Virus record (IMG/VR): IMGVR_UViG_3300044983_000019
Coordinates: 1-40,014 of that record
Length of the DNA stretch: 40,014 bases
Direction: 5' to 3' (one strand)
Source of the DNA: a virus
Taxonomy: Duplodnaviria > Caudoviricetes
This document shows, piece by piece, positions 1 through 8,169 of the stretch. Both the position numbers and the translations under genes were made by a program. Under the pieces are notes generated by a model. That model did not search any database, had not been told where the DNA came from, and saw nothing but the letters and a program-made list of their open reading frames with translations. The stretch's first letter is position 1. Every line of letters begins with the position of its first letter.

Positions 1-50
1 GAGAATAGAACTATAGCAACACTAGCAAGGATCTTATAGAACCACTTCAT
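1..50 (-). CDS. 5' part of a small membrane/secreted protein running off the window (MKWFYKILASVAIVLF...)
   Basis: ATG at 50, 2 nt after the stop of 53..328; hydrophobic N-terminus; translated by hand. Confidence 0.6.
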   Translation of the reverse strand, partial: MKWFYKILASVAIVLF

Positions 51-52
51 CG

Positions 53-328
53 TTACTTCCCCGTTTCATTCTGAAGCTTTGACAGGTAGTCGAGTCGTTC
101 AGGAGTAGTCCAGTCCTTAGAGAGTCGGAACTTAGATCCGACCTTAACATAGCACTGATGGTCGATGACTGTCGTGAACACACCATACTTATCACTGATC
201 GAATGGCACTCGTCTTGCGCTGACTTCTCTCTCAGCTTCGATCCTATCATAACCAGGACTACAGCAAGAGAGGCGATAAGTAATGATGCGCCCCAAGCTA
301 GCCAATACTCTTTCAGGTGTTTAAGCAT
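53..328 (-). CDS. hypothetical protein with N-terminal TM helix
   Basis: GAGGA SD before ATG; hydrophobic stretch WLAWGASLLIASLAVVLVMIG. Confidence 0.75.
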   Translation of the reverse strand: MLKHLKEYWLAWGASLLIASLAVVLVMIGSKLREKSAQDECHSISDKYGVFTTVIDHQCYVKVGSKFRLSKDWTTPERLDYLSKLQNETGK

Positions 329-335
329 GACATCC

Positions 336-551
336 TCAGTAGTTGTTTAGTTGTGCCTCATCGTATCTCTCGTCAAAATCTCCCTCTAGCGCGTCATAGA
401 GCTTGGCAAAGAATGTTTCGTTCTCTGAACCCTCCTGGTCAAGGGAATCCCAGATAACAGTGTTGATAAGCTTGGTAAGCTTCTTTCTTTCGCTATCATC
501 TAGCTCAATGGTAGCAACAGTTACTGTCGGCTTTTCAAGTCTGACTTTCAT
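336..551 (-). CDS. small acidic hypothetical protein
   Basis: AGGAGAG SD before ATG; first gene downstream of the leftward promoter. Confidence 0.75.
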   Translation of the reverse strand: MKVRLEKPTVTVATIELDDSERKKLTKLINTVIWDSLDQEGSENETFFAKLYDALEGDFDERYDEAQLNNY

Positions 552-816
552 ATCTCTCCTAGTTCGCGGGAGGGCGCTGGACAGAGTCCGCCTCAGTCAC
601 GAGTCTACCTGATGTGAACGAAGGGCGCAAGAAAACGACCGAAGGTCCCTAAAGGCGAGGCTCTTTGCCGAGCCGCCTCGCCACTATACCTTATAATAGG
701 GAAGCGGCCTAAAAGCCGCTGTATCTTACTTAACGCTCCAAATTCAAACTCTACTGCGTATTCGTTTTCATGTCGCTAAAGAGATATTCCTTCGGAGAAA
801 TCAAACCTACGGTTTT

Positions 817-845
817 ATAGTACATATGTTCTGGTCTACTGTCAA
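817..845 (-). promoter_or_regulatory. leftward sigma70/HrdB-type promoter
   Basis: Minus strand reads TTGACA-N17-TACTAT (-35 at 845-840, -10 at 822-817). Confidence 0.8.
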
Positions 846-855
846 GAGCTAGCGT

Positions 856-871
856 TGTGAACTTGCGCACA
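856..871. promoter_or_regulatory. CRP-family-like operator
   Basis: TGTGA-acttgc-GCACA, one mismatch to TGTGA-N6-TCACA, between the divergent promoters. Confidence 0.35.
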
Positions 872-912
872 GTCTGTAGTTTCAGACTGCCAAAAAATTT
901 TTGGGCCCGGAG

Positions 913-941
913 TGGTCAAACCGGTTCCGGCCTGATACGCT
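913..941 (+). promoter_or_regulatory. putative rightward promoter
   Basis: TGGTCA-N17-TACGCT with extended -10 TGn (TGA-TACGCT). Confidence 0.45.
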
Positions 942-1148
942 GGAGGAGCCAAATCAACCCAGCTAGGTTGTAGAGGTAACGAGAACAATGGAGTTCTCAC
1001 TAGAGAGTGGTATGGATCTCTCGAACATAACTTAATAGAGACGTTGTAGTTTCAGTGCTTCGTGGCTCAACGGTCTCACAAGATGTGTAAGGTAATATCC
1101 ACGGGGTCAGACTCAGACATATGCGTGAAGGGGTCTGACCCCACCTTT

Positions 1149-1221
1149 CTTCCCATAGCTCAACGGATAGAGCAGTGGACTTCTAATCCACAGGTTGTAG
1201 GTTCGAGTCCTACTGGGAAGA
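1149..1221 (+). tRNA. tRNA-Arg(UCU)
   Basis: Acceptor CTTCCCA/TGGGAAG; D arm GCTC..GAGC; anticodon arm GTGGA-CTTCTAA-TCCAC; T arm GTAGG-TTCGAGT-CCTAC; CCA not encoded. Confidence 0.95.
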
Positions 1222-1249
1222 CTTTTCTTTACCTAGGAAGGTAGATGTT

Positions 1250-1456
1250 ATGTCTAAGTTCAAACTAGGAGATCGAGTTCGGGCAGCTAATCCTCTCTGG
1301 GATGCGACGGAGGAGGAGAAGGAAGAGGTCTGGCGGATCGTCTCGCTACCTTACTCCGATAGTGACTTCACCACCAGCGAGGTCTTTCTAGTAGAGAATG
1401 CTCAAGGTAGAACTGGTGTTATGGCCGAAGTAGAGATGGAACGAGTAACAGACTAA
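1250..1456 (+). CDS. hypothetical protein (small SH3/KOW-like beta fold)
   Basis: FKLGDRVR N-terminal motif; SD GGAAGG. Confidence 0.7.
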   Translation: MSKFKLGDRVRAANPLWDATEEEKEEVWRIVSLPYSDSDFTTSEVFLVENAQGRTGVMAEVEMERVTD

Positions 1457-1758
1457 TGGAACTTGTAGAGTATATCAAGCCAGAAGATCGAGAGACCTAC
1501 GATTACATCTTCATGTCAGCTAAAGAGTTGACAGGTCGATACGATAAGGAGACTCTTCTACATCAGGTGGGCGTACTTCTCTTCACTATCATCAATCAGT
1601 GGGAGAAGGGTCTCATCAGAGACATCGCAACTATCTCTATGGCTCTCAGTGTAGCGCAGGCATACCACTCATTTCTCTCATGGGAACTAGAGAACTTCAG
1701 TCAGGAACTAGAAGACAAGGTAAGGGCGCTGATCAATGACGCAGATCAAGGTGCATGA
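1456..1758 (+). CDS. hypothetical protein
   Basis: TAATG coupling to upstream gene. Confidence 0.7.
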   Translation: MELVEYIKPEDRETYDYIFMSAKELTGRYDKETLLHQVGVLLFTIINQWEKGLIRDIATISMALSVAQAYHSFLSWELENFSQELEDKVRALINDADQGA

Positions 1759-1948
1759 CAAGGTCAAGTATCATGGCAGCCATGAATACCTACATGGCGA
1801 GGTCTATCACATTGTCTACATTCCTTCAGATCCCGAAGGTAGAGGTTACACTCTAATCTCTGCTGAGAGGCTTAATGGATCGGGGAGTCTCCTGCAAAAC
1901 GTCCATCGAGATTCGTTTACGAAGGTAGAAGACTCAGATGGAAGTTAA
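1736..1948 (+). CDS. hypothetical protein
   Basis: Overlapping operon packing. Confidence 0.65.
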   Translation: MTQIKVHDKVKYHGSHEYLHGEVYHIVYIPSDPEGRGYTLISAERLNGSGSLLQNVHRDSFTKVEDSDGS

Positions 1949-2489
1949 TCTCAAGACAGAAGACGCGCGGAGGATTGTCTACAACGCCCTCCTGTATGCT
2001 GATCAGAAGTCTGATGCTCAAGGGTATACTCTGTGGGAGAGGAACTTCTCGCCCTTGGGGGCGGGTGATTATCTGTCAGTAGTTACGTCAGATGACTTTG
2101 TGATCCTGATGGACCACGTTCCTATCGTCTCGTCAAATATCAACGGTCCTCTGACGTTGACTAAAGAGTACCTCAAGCTTATTCACAAGGCTCTTGCGAA
2201 TATTACTGACGAGCATGTTACCCTAGAGCTGGGGGAAGATAGCGAATGTTGTATCGTGCAGATCCTTGCCGACTATCAAGATGTCGTTCTCGGAGATGAG
2301 AGAATCAACATCGATAGTCCACCAGACGACTTCGCATTCTGGCCTGACAGACTGAGGAAGCTAAGTCAGATCAAACCTGGCAAACAACCTCTTAGGTTCC
2401 ACTGGTATGAAGGTGTACTCAGGTTCAACATCGGAGATAGTATCTTCGGAGCCCTTGCTCCGCTCGATCTAGATAAGGTGGAAGAATAA
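1938..2489 (+). CDS. putative degenerate DNA polymerase III beta-clamp-like protein
   Basis: VVTSDDF (ATDRY-like), FAFWPDRLRKL and C-terminal IGDSIFGALAP resemble actinophage beta-clamp-like proteins; by-eye similarity only. Confidence 0.45.
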   Translation: MEVNLKTEDARRIVYNALLYADQKSDAQGYTLWERNFSPLGAGDYLSVVTSDDFVILMDHVPIVSSNINGPLTLTKEYLKLIHKALANITDEHVTLELGEDSECCIVQILADYQDVVLGDERINIDSPPDDFAFWPDRLRKLSQIKPGKQPLRFHWYEGVLRFNIGDSIFGALAPLDLDKVEE

Positions 2490-2566
2490 TGATTAAGTGT
2501 CTGCATGACAACTTTGATTGTTGTGATGAGTGCTGCTGCAATCCTACACATCCAACTGATTGCTAG
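2489..2566 (+). CDS. 25-aa Cys-rich microprotein (MIKCLHDNFDCCDECCCNPTHPTDC)
   Basis: TAATG coupling; fills the gap before the next SD; 7 Cys and 2 His; not in ORF track. Confidence 0.6.
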   Translation: MIKCLHDNFDCCDECCCNPTHPTDC

Positions 2567-2581
2567 ATAGGAGACACGTAG

Positions 2582-2893
2582 ATGGCCAGGATCCATAAGA
2601 TCATTGAATCGCGAGAAGTAACCAAGGTCGAAGACGTAGAGATTAAGGCACTAGAGCCTACTCAAGAAGAGGCAGGTCTACTTGCCGACCTGCTGCTCTA
2701 TGCTGTTGATTGGCATGCACTTGCCAAGGTGCTCAGAGAGTCCTCAGGGCTCAGTGAAAAGGCTTTGCAGGATCTCTATTACAAGTTAGATGGTCTCAGA
2801 GAGTATAAAGATCGTCCGTATCACACTGCGGATCTGACGCAAGTGATCGATGAGAAAGCAGTAAGGAGGATGAGCGCCGATGCCCAGAGGTGA
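2582..2893 (+). CDS. hypothetical protein
   Basis: AGGAGA SD. Confidence 0.7.
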   Translation: MARIHKIIESREVTKVEDVEIKALEPTQEEAGLLADLLLYAVDWHALAKVLRESSGLSEKALQDLYYKLDGLREYKDRPYHTADLTQVIDEKAVRRMSADAQR

Positions 2894-3065
2894 CGGTAGG
2901 GAAATGTACGGCAAGCCTCGGACTAGCATCAAGAAGACTGAGGTGAAGACACTCAAGCAGTCGAACAGTCTCAAGCGCAGGCTTGCAGACTGGAACGCAG
3001 ATACACCTGCTGCTAGCGACATGAGGAATGATCCAGGTTTTCACAAGCCAGGGAGTCAGCGATGA
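2880..3065 (+). CDS. small basic phage protein with C-terminal GFHKPGS motif
   Basis: SD AAGGAGGA upstream; ATGA coupling downstream. Confidence 0.65.
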   Translation: MPRGDGREMYGKPRTSIKKTEVKTLKQSNSLKRRLADWNADTPAASDMRNDPGFHKPGSQR

Positions 3066-3427
3066 GCAAGTACAAGATCGGGGACAAGTTCAAGCTCGAA
3101 GTAGAGGTGGAAATCTTCTCTGTTAATCAGCCTCCCTACAAGGAATACGATCTTAAAGTGGGAGAGGTATTCCTAATGAGCATTACCGAGAAACGCCTAG
3201 ACCAGTACGCTACTAAGCTAGAAGAAAAGTATCCTGTAGGTACTGTAGTAGTCCTGACTCGTAGGAGTGATGACAGGGCACACATCTATCGTAGGATCAG
3301 TGAAAAGGATTGGTTCTTTACTGGCGCGGGGTTCCCACTCGACCGCGAGGATATCCCCCACGACGTTGCTGTCAGAGACATCGAGACATATACCGATGGT
3401 CCCAGCTTCATCTCGAAGCCGTCCTGA
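3062..3427 (+). CDS. hypothetical protein
   Basis: ATGA overlap; YKIGDK N-terminal motif. Confidence 0.7.
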   Translation: MSKYKIGDKFKLEVEVEIFSVNQPPYKEYDLKVGEVFLMSITEKRLDQYATKLEEKYPVGTVVVLTRRSDDRAHIYRRISEKDWFFTGAGFPLDREDIPHDVAVRDIETYTDGPSFISKPS

Positions 3428-3630
3428 TGTCCGTTTTGTCATTACTTCAAAAGCTCTGGAACCCCGGACCCTACTACCTAGTACTCAGGGACGGTTCTGT
3501 GCCGGTAGGAGCGTACTACTCAGTGCAGGAAGCACGTTCTGACGCTGCTGAGCTGAACGAGGAAGCGATGTTCTTGGCGCAGCCTCGGAGATACCAAGTG
3601 ATCCACAGGAAGTTGTTCCTTCAGAGGTAG
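3427..3630 (+). CDS. hypothetical protein (MSVLSLLQKLW...)
   Basis: TGATG coupling at 3427 preferred over track start 3310. Confidence 0.6.
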   Translation: MSVLSLLQKLWNPGPYYLVLRDGSVPVGAYYSVQEARSDAAELNEEAMFLAQPRRYQVIHRKLFLQR

Positions 3631-3639
3631 GAGCCTGCT

Positions 3640-3729
3640 GTGATCGGAATCATACTGAAGATACTTGCATTCTTCTATGTCGCAGGAGTAATATCGGGTA
3701 TGATCTTGATGCATCACTTTGAGAGGTGA
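3640..3729 (+). CDS. 29-aa membrane peptide (MIGIILKILAFFYVAGVISGMILMHHFER)
   Basis: AGGAG SD then GTG; single TM helix; not in ORF track. Confidence 0.55.
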   Translation: MIGIILKILAFFYVAGVISGMILMHHFER

Positions 3730-4552
3730 AGAGATACCTACTCGTTACCCCGTCTCGGTCTCAAGCCTGAAGAGCTACACTAGATGTAGCAAGCAATGGG
3801 AGCTTGAGCGTTTCACCCGTCCCCGACCCCCTAAATCCCCGGCAGCATGGACCGCTAGAGGTATTGCTGTCCACGACAGTCTTCTAGACTGGGAGCTGTC
3901 AAACAGAGCTATAGATGTAGAAGAGAAATACTTCGAGATCTATGATGAGACTATCGAGCGTTTCAAAGAAGATCAGCCAGACTACAATCTCTGGACTAGA
4001 ACTCCAAGAGTTAAACTGGTAAAGACAGACATTGAGAAGCGCCGACTAGATGGATTAGGTCAGCTCAGAGGTTACATCGATGAAGCCGAGAGTGCAGCAT
4101 GGGAGATCGCTCGTGATCATGAGGGTCTCCTACTCGAACGTAGGTTCGAAGTCAACTTAGTCAACCTAGTTGATCCGGAAGATCTCCTTCCTATCCGGGG
4201 AGCGATCGATATGGTCCTTGAGTGGCCAGACGGAACTAGGACGATCAGAGATCTCAAGACAGGTAACCCTGAATGGGATCCAAGACAGATTACTACTTAC
4301 GGTTGGGTAGCACAGCAATGTCTCGGCCTAGGAGATGTCAAGCGAGGCGATTACTATCACTCGAAGTTGAACCGAGAAGGCAAGCCTTACGGTTCACAGG
4401 GAATGGTAAACCTCGACAGGACTACTGAGTACATTACGAAGATCTATTTCGATCTGTCTGATTCTATTCAGCGGAAGGTCTTCTTTCCTAATCCTTCACT
4501 GAAGGTATGTCAGTTCTGCCCAGTTAGAAACCTCTGTCCGGAAGGAAAGTAA
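3719..4552 (+). CDS. Cas4/RecB-like PD-(D/E)XK exonuclease
   Basis: SVSSLKSYTRC, GIAVH, RGAIDMV, IRDLKTG, QITTY, C-terminal CQFCPVRNLC cysteines; start uncertain. Confidence 0.9.
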   Translation: MRGEEIPTRYPVSVSSLKSYTRCSKQWELERFTRPRPPKSPAAWTARGIAVHDSLLDWELSNRAIDVEEKYFEIYDETIERFKEDQPDYNLWTRTPRVKLVKTDIEKRRLDGLGQLRGYIDEAESAAWEIARDHEGLLLERRFEVNLVNLVDPEDLLPIRGAIDMVLEWPDGTRTIRDLKTGNPEWDPRQITTYGWVAQQCLGLGDVKRGDYYHSKLNREGKPYGSQGMVNLDRTTEYITKIYFDLSDSIQRKVFFPNPSLKVCQFCPVRNLCPEGK

Positions 4553-4553
4553 T

Positions 4554-4925
4554 ATGACCGAGGGGTTCCCCCGCATCCAAGTCTCAAGAATGTTCAACAA
4601 GGATCAGATCGTCGTCCGTGGTGACAGTCCTGATGAGGTAGCAGAGCTAGCCGATGGTCTAGCTAAGGCTTCAGAACGCATCGCTTCAGCGCTGAACGCT
4701 ACAGGCCAGGTCGTGTTTGCGGTCAACACCTTCAAGGGTGATGGTGAATCGTCAGAAAGTAAGCCTAGAAGCTCTGGTAGTTCTTCAGATCCGAAGAAGA
4801 GCTGTGATCATGGTGAGATGGAATATCGCACCGGCAAGAAGGCTAATGGTGATACTTGGACCGCTCACTTCTGTCCCGACAAGAAGTGTGAAGTTCAGTG
4901 GGGCAAGACGATTAAGGCGAAGTGA
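4554..4925 (+). CDS. conserved actinophage protein, possible ssDNA-binding/recombination partner
   Basis: Ser-rich linker plus C-terminal CxHGEM...W.AHFCP...C..QW, typical of the gene next to Cas4-like exonucleases in cluster A-like phages. Confidence 0.55.
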   Translation: MTEGFPRIQVSRMFNKDQIVVRGDSPDEVAELADGLAKASERIASALNATGQVVFAVNTFKGDGESSESKPRSSGSSSDPKKSCDHGEMEYRTGKKANGDTWTAHFCPDKKCEVQWGKTIKAK

Positions 4926-5194
4926 TGGCAACCAAGCCAGAAGAGTTTCGAGTCTGGATTCCTGCTACGTCACCTGTCCTGACTGACAAGATCATCGGAG
5001 AGCTTGTCTCGGCTGTTGCTTCTCAGGTAGCTAAGGGAGAACTAAGATCTATCCAATCTTGGACCCTTAAGCATTGGGTTAGTTCCACAGACCCTTTGTT
5101 CACTGACGGTAATGAAGCTCCAGATGGATACAACTGTGCATTCACGTTTACGATGATGGCGGTCAGAGGTGCAAAGTCTGAAGTTCCTTCTTAG
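4922..5194 (+). CDS. hypothetical protein
   Basis: GTGA/TGATG coupling. Confidence 0.65.
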   Translation: MMATKPEEFRVWIPATSPVLTDKIIGELVSAVASQVAKGELRSIQSWTLKHWVSSTDPLFTDGNEAPDGYNCAFTFTMMAVRGAKSEVPS

Positions 5195-5942
5195 GAGAAG
5201 GGGGGAAGAGGGTTCAGCCCTCCCCCCCGTTCTTAAGACACTGGATTCGGCAGGAGTCAAGTTCAAGAGATCTCAGGTCTCGATGGTCGCCGCAGCTCCA
5301 GGCGTAGGCAAGAGTGCATTCGCTCTCAACTATGCTATCAAGGCTAAGCTCAAGACGTTGTACATCAGTCCTGACTCAGACATGATGATGCTGACTCAGA
5401 GAATCTTGGCTCAAGGTTGGAACATTGATACTCAGGTAGCTGAAGAGCTGATCGAGGCAGAAGAGCCTGATGCAATGGACTACATCGCTGAGACAGCTAA
5501 GCTGATCTGGTTTGACTTCCAAGCAGGGCCGAGGCTTCAAGACATTAGAGATAACATCGAAGCTTACGCTACTGTCTGGGGAGAATACCCAGAGCTGATT
5601 ATTATCGACAACCTGAAGGACATTCAGAACGATGGTAGTGAGTACGAGCGATTCAATGAGAGCATTGACTTCCTCCATCAGTCAGCAAGAGCGACGTCAG
5701 CTCACATCATGGTCCTCCACCACGTTGTAGGTCACTATGAGGATGGCCTTACGCCGGTCCCTCTGACGGGGCTAGTCCAGAAGCCCGGCAAGTCCGTCCG
5801 GCTAGTCCTGACCCTCCACAAGGTCCAACCAGGTATCATGGGGGTCAGAGTCGTCAAGTCCAACAACTCTCGATCGTCAGGAGATGCCAGTTATGGAGTC
5901 GACATCGGATTCCTCCCAGAACGAATGTGGTTCAGTGGATGA
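5169..5942 (+). CDS. DnaB-like (RecA-fold) helicase
   Basis: Walker A AAPGVGKS, Walker B IIIDNL, VLHH motif, VVKSN. Confidence 0.88.
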   Translation: MQSLKFLLRRRGEEGSALPPVLKTLDSAGVKFKRSQVSMVAAAPGVGKSAFALNYAIKAKLKTLYISPDSDMMMLTQRILAQGWNIDTQVAEELIEAEEPDAMDYIAETAKLIWFDFQAGPRLQDIRDNIEAYATVWGEYPELIIIDNLKDIQNDGSEYERFNESIDFLHQSARATSAHIMVLHHVVGHYEDGLTPVPLTGLVQKPGKSVRLVLTLHKVQPGIMGVRVVKSNNSRSSGDASYGVDIGFLPERMWFSG

Positions 5943-6060
5943 GTTCTTTGAATGTCTCATGTGTGGTCAGCTTAAGCCTCTACCTCAGATAGAGACAGAT
6001 TGCGATCTCTGTCTCTATGAGGATTTTGAGATCTGTCAAGCTTGTCATAGTGAGGTCTGA
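5935..6060 (+). CDS. 41-aa protein with three CxxC motifs (MDEFFECLMCGQLKPLPQIETDCDLCLYEDFEICQACHSEV)
   Basis: GTG overlapping helicase end; fills the gap; not in ORF track. Confidence 0.6.
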   Translation: MDEFFECLMCGQLKPLPQIETDCDLCLYEDFEICQACHSEV

Positions 6061-6063
6061 CCT

Positions 6064-6483
6064 ATGATGTCAATGAAATGCCTACCAAGGTTCCTTCAGA
6101 TCGGCAGAAGAGGGATCTTCCTTCTCTTCTTCGCGGCTCTTGAGCTGGTCGTTGGTCTGGGATCTATCGGCCAGCAATTGACAGATGTACAGACAGCCAA
6201 CTCTCACTATCTCCTGATGCTTATGCCATTGATAGCATGGTATACCGTCTGGACTATTGCTGGACTAATCAATCTAGCAGCAGCTTTCTGGAGGAGACTG
6301 GAACAACATGCATTCTTCCTAGGCTCGATGTTATCTATATCATTCGCAGTCGCAGCCCTTATGGCTGAGATCTTCTATCCTCCTGCTACTAGAGCATGGA
6401 TGGCTACCATTGTTTATGGTGGTCTAGCGATTATCAATCAGATTGTCGCTGGATGGGACGACCCTAGTAGAAGGATCAAATAG
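6064..6483 (+). CDS. four-TM membrane protein (lysis-cassette-like)
   Basis: Four hydrophobic segments; N-terminal GRRG..LL and C-terminal AGW pattern. Confidence 0.7.
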   Translation: MMSMKCLPRFLQIGRRGIFLLFFAALELVVGLGSIGQQLTDVQTANSHYLLMLMPLIAWYTVWTIAGLINLAAAFWRRLEQHAFFLGSMLSISFAVAALMAEIFYPPATRAWMATIVYGGLAIINQIVAGWDDPSRRIK

Positions 6484-6485
6484 AG

Positions 6486-6722
6486 ATGGGCAATCAAGCA
6501 TTGATCGCTCTCTTTGTTGCTATAATCTCTGCCGCCGGGTCAATTTTTGCCGTAGTTCAGAACCGAAGGACTGATGACAGGAAGACTAACGTATCAGAGT
6601 TTGAAGCTATCGTTGCTGTGCTTCAAGTAGACAATCGAGAGCTACGAGATGAAAACCGACAGTTGAAGGCACGGCTGAATAGAGCCGAAGCTAGACTAGC
6701 TACTCTGGAGGGACGTCAATGA
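6486..6722 (+). CDS. TM plus coiled-coil membrane protein
   Basis: N-terminal TM then heptads LRDENRQLKARLNRAEARLATLE. Confidence 0.7.
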   Translation: MGNQALIALFVAIISAAGSIFAVVQNRRTDDRKTNVSEFEAIVAVLQVDNRELRDENRQLKARLNRAEARLATLEGRQ

Positions 6723-7186
6723 AAGACATGTTTGATCGAGAGCTTGTTCCGGGTGATGAGGTAGTCTACTGCACTAGACATAGTAGTAGTATGACTCAGA
6801 ACTATGCTAAGGTACTTATCTCTCAGTCTGACAAGGCTAGGGTCCAGCCGTTGTCAAGAGATCGACAGTCTCGCTACTTCGTAGACTCAAGGACTGGAGA
6901 GAGGGTCGAATGGCTTGATCTGAGGGCACATTATAAGGTTCCCGCCAAGTATGAACACAACGTAACTGGCAAGGTGATCTCACAAGATGAGTACGAGGAA
7001 CTTCAGCGGGAGTATTACAGCATTCCATATCACCAAAAGCCAGACTTCTCTTCAGAGAAGCATGTCTATGCTTACAGATATAAGCCATACGTTCTACATG
7101 ACTACGTAGTTGAAGATTACGACCCCGCTAAGCCTGTCTGGATCTCTACTCCCCGATATGTCGTCAAGCTGGAACGTCCTGCATGA
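6719..7186 (+). CDS. hypothetical protein
   Basis: ATGA coupling, SD GGAGG; KD.FDREL.PGD.V motif. Confidence 0.75.
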   Translation: MKDMFDRELVPGDEVVYCTRHSSSMTQNYAKVLISQSDKARVQPLSRDRQSRYFVDSRTGERVEWLDLRAHYKVPAKYEHNVTGKVISQDEYEELQREYYSIPYHQKPDFSSEKHVYAYRYKPYVLHDYVVEDYDPAKPVWISTPRYVVKLERPA

Positions 7187-7554
7187 CACCAGAGGAGAAG
7201 AAGAAAGATGCAGCGCTTAGACGGACTCATGGGATCTCGCTAGCGCAGTACGAGGCTATTCTTGAGGCTCAAGGTGGTTGCTGTCCTATCTGCTTCAGAG
7301 TCCCTGATGAAGGTGAATACTTCACAGTAGATCATGATCATGGGTCTAAGGCCCAAGAGATCGAGCCGTTTGTCAGAGGAGTAATCTGTCGGGGTTGTAA
7401 TAGGTTCGTTATCGGTAGGCATCGTGATGGTGCTAAGCTGATGAGGGCAGCAGAGTACTTGCTTTATCCTCCTGCTCAGCAGGTACTTCCAGCCAGTCAC
7501 AAGTATCCTCAGAAGAAACGTCAGCCAAGGAAGAGACCACGAGGGAAGAGATGA
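7183..7554 (+). CDS. endonuclease VII (Holliday junction resolvase family)
   Basis: QGGCCPIC, VDHDH, VRGVICRGCN. Confidence 0.92.
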   Translation: MTPEEKKKDAALRRTHGISLAQYEAILEAQGGCCPICFRVPDEGEYFTVDHDHGSKAQEIEPFVRGVICRGCNRFVIGRHRDGAKLMRAAEYLLYPPAQQVLPASHKYPQKKRQPRKRPRGKR

Positions 7555-7718
7555 GCCACTCTGAATATCACGAAGGTATCTGGTTTGAAGTACCTGACGG
7601 TAATGATCCATTTACTGGTCTGATGTTCTTGTGGACGTGTCGATTCTGTGGCTGTCTGATCAACGGAGATCTCAGAGAGATTCATATTGCTTGGCACAAC
7701 GATAGACCGGAGGTGTAG
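7551..7718 (+). CDS. 55-aa putative C2H2-type zinc finger protein
   Basis: ATGA coupling; CRFC...HIAWH; not in ORF track. Confidence 0.6.
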   Translation: MSHSEYHEGIWFEVPDGNDPFTGLMFLWTCRFCGCLINGDLREIHIAWHNDRPEV

Positions 7719-7952
7719 GTGGACACATATGCTAAGGTCACTATAACTGTCGAAGTTAATGATGAAATTACTGCTTATTACTTCCCCCATGTCAAGGCCG
7801 CTGCCTTCGATTGGTTCCGCGATAATATCTACAATGATTCTCTGAAGTTCAGATTCAACGGAGAAGCTACGATTGACGACTACAGCGATGCTGATCGTTA
7901 TATGTACGTCAGCATGACAAAGAAGAAAGACTCTATCCCGGGAGTGTATTAA
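7719..7952 (+). CDS. hypothetical protein
   Basis: GGAGGT SD then GTG. Confidence 0.7.
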   Translation: MDTYAKVTITVEVNDEITAYYFPHVKAAAFDWFRDNIYNDSLKFRFNGEATIDDYSDADRYMYVSMTKKKDSIPGVY

Positions 7953-7953
7953 G

Positions 7954-8169
7954 TTGGTACTTATGTTACTAGCTGCACTAGGATTTACGTGGATCTATAT
8001 CATCTTCGGCCTATGGCCTGAGCGTGACAAAGCAAGAGCCGAATTGTTCGCACAGCTCCATCGAAACATGATGCAAAATTTTGCCGATGCAGAGCATAGT
8101 CTCAAGCGAGCCGAGACAGCTATCAAAGTTATTGAGGAACGAGATGCCGATGAACGAGCAGATGAATGA
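7954..8169 (+). CDS. membrane-anchored hypothetical protein
   Basis: N-terminal TM helix; start uncertain. Confidence 0.6.
   Translation: MVLMLLAALGFTWIYIIFGLWPERDKARAELFAQLHRNMMQNFADAEHSLKRAETAIKVIEERDADERADE

Noticed and set aside
1062-1244. 60-aa ORF in the track
   Set aside because: Overlaps tRNA-Arg and its upstream hairpin; spurious.
3719-4552. Cas4-like gene as evidence of a CRISPR-Cas system
   Set aside because: No repeat-spacer array or other cas genes; solo Cas4-like exonucleases are common in actinophages.
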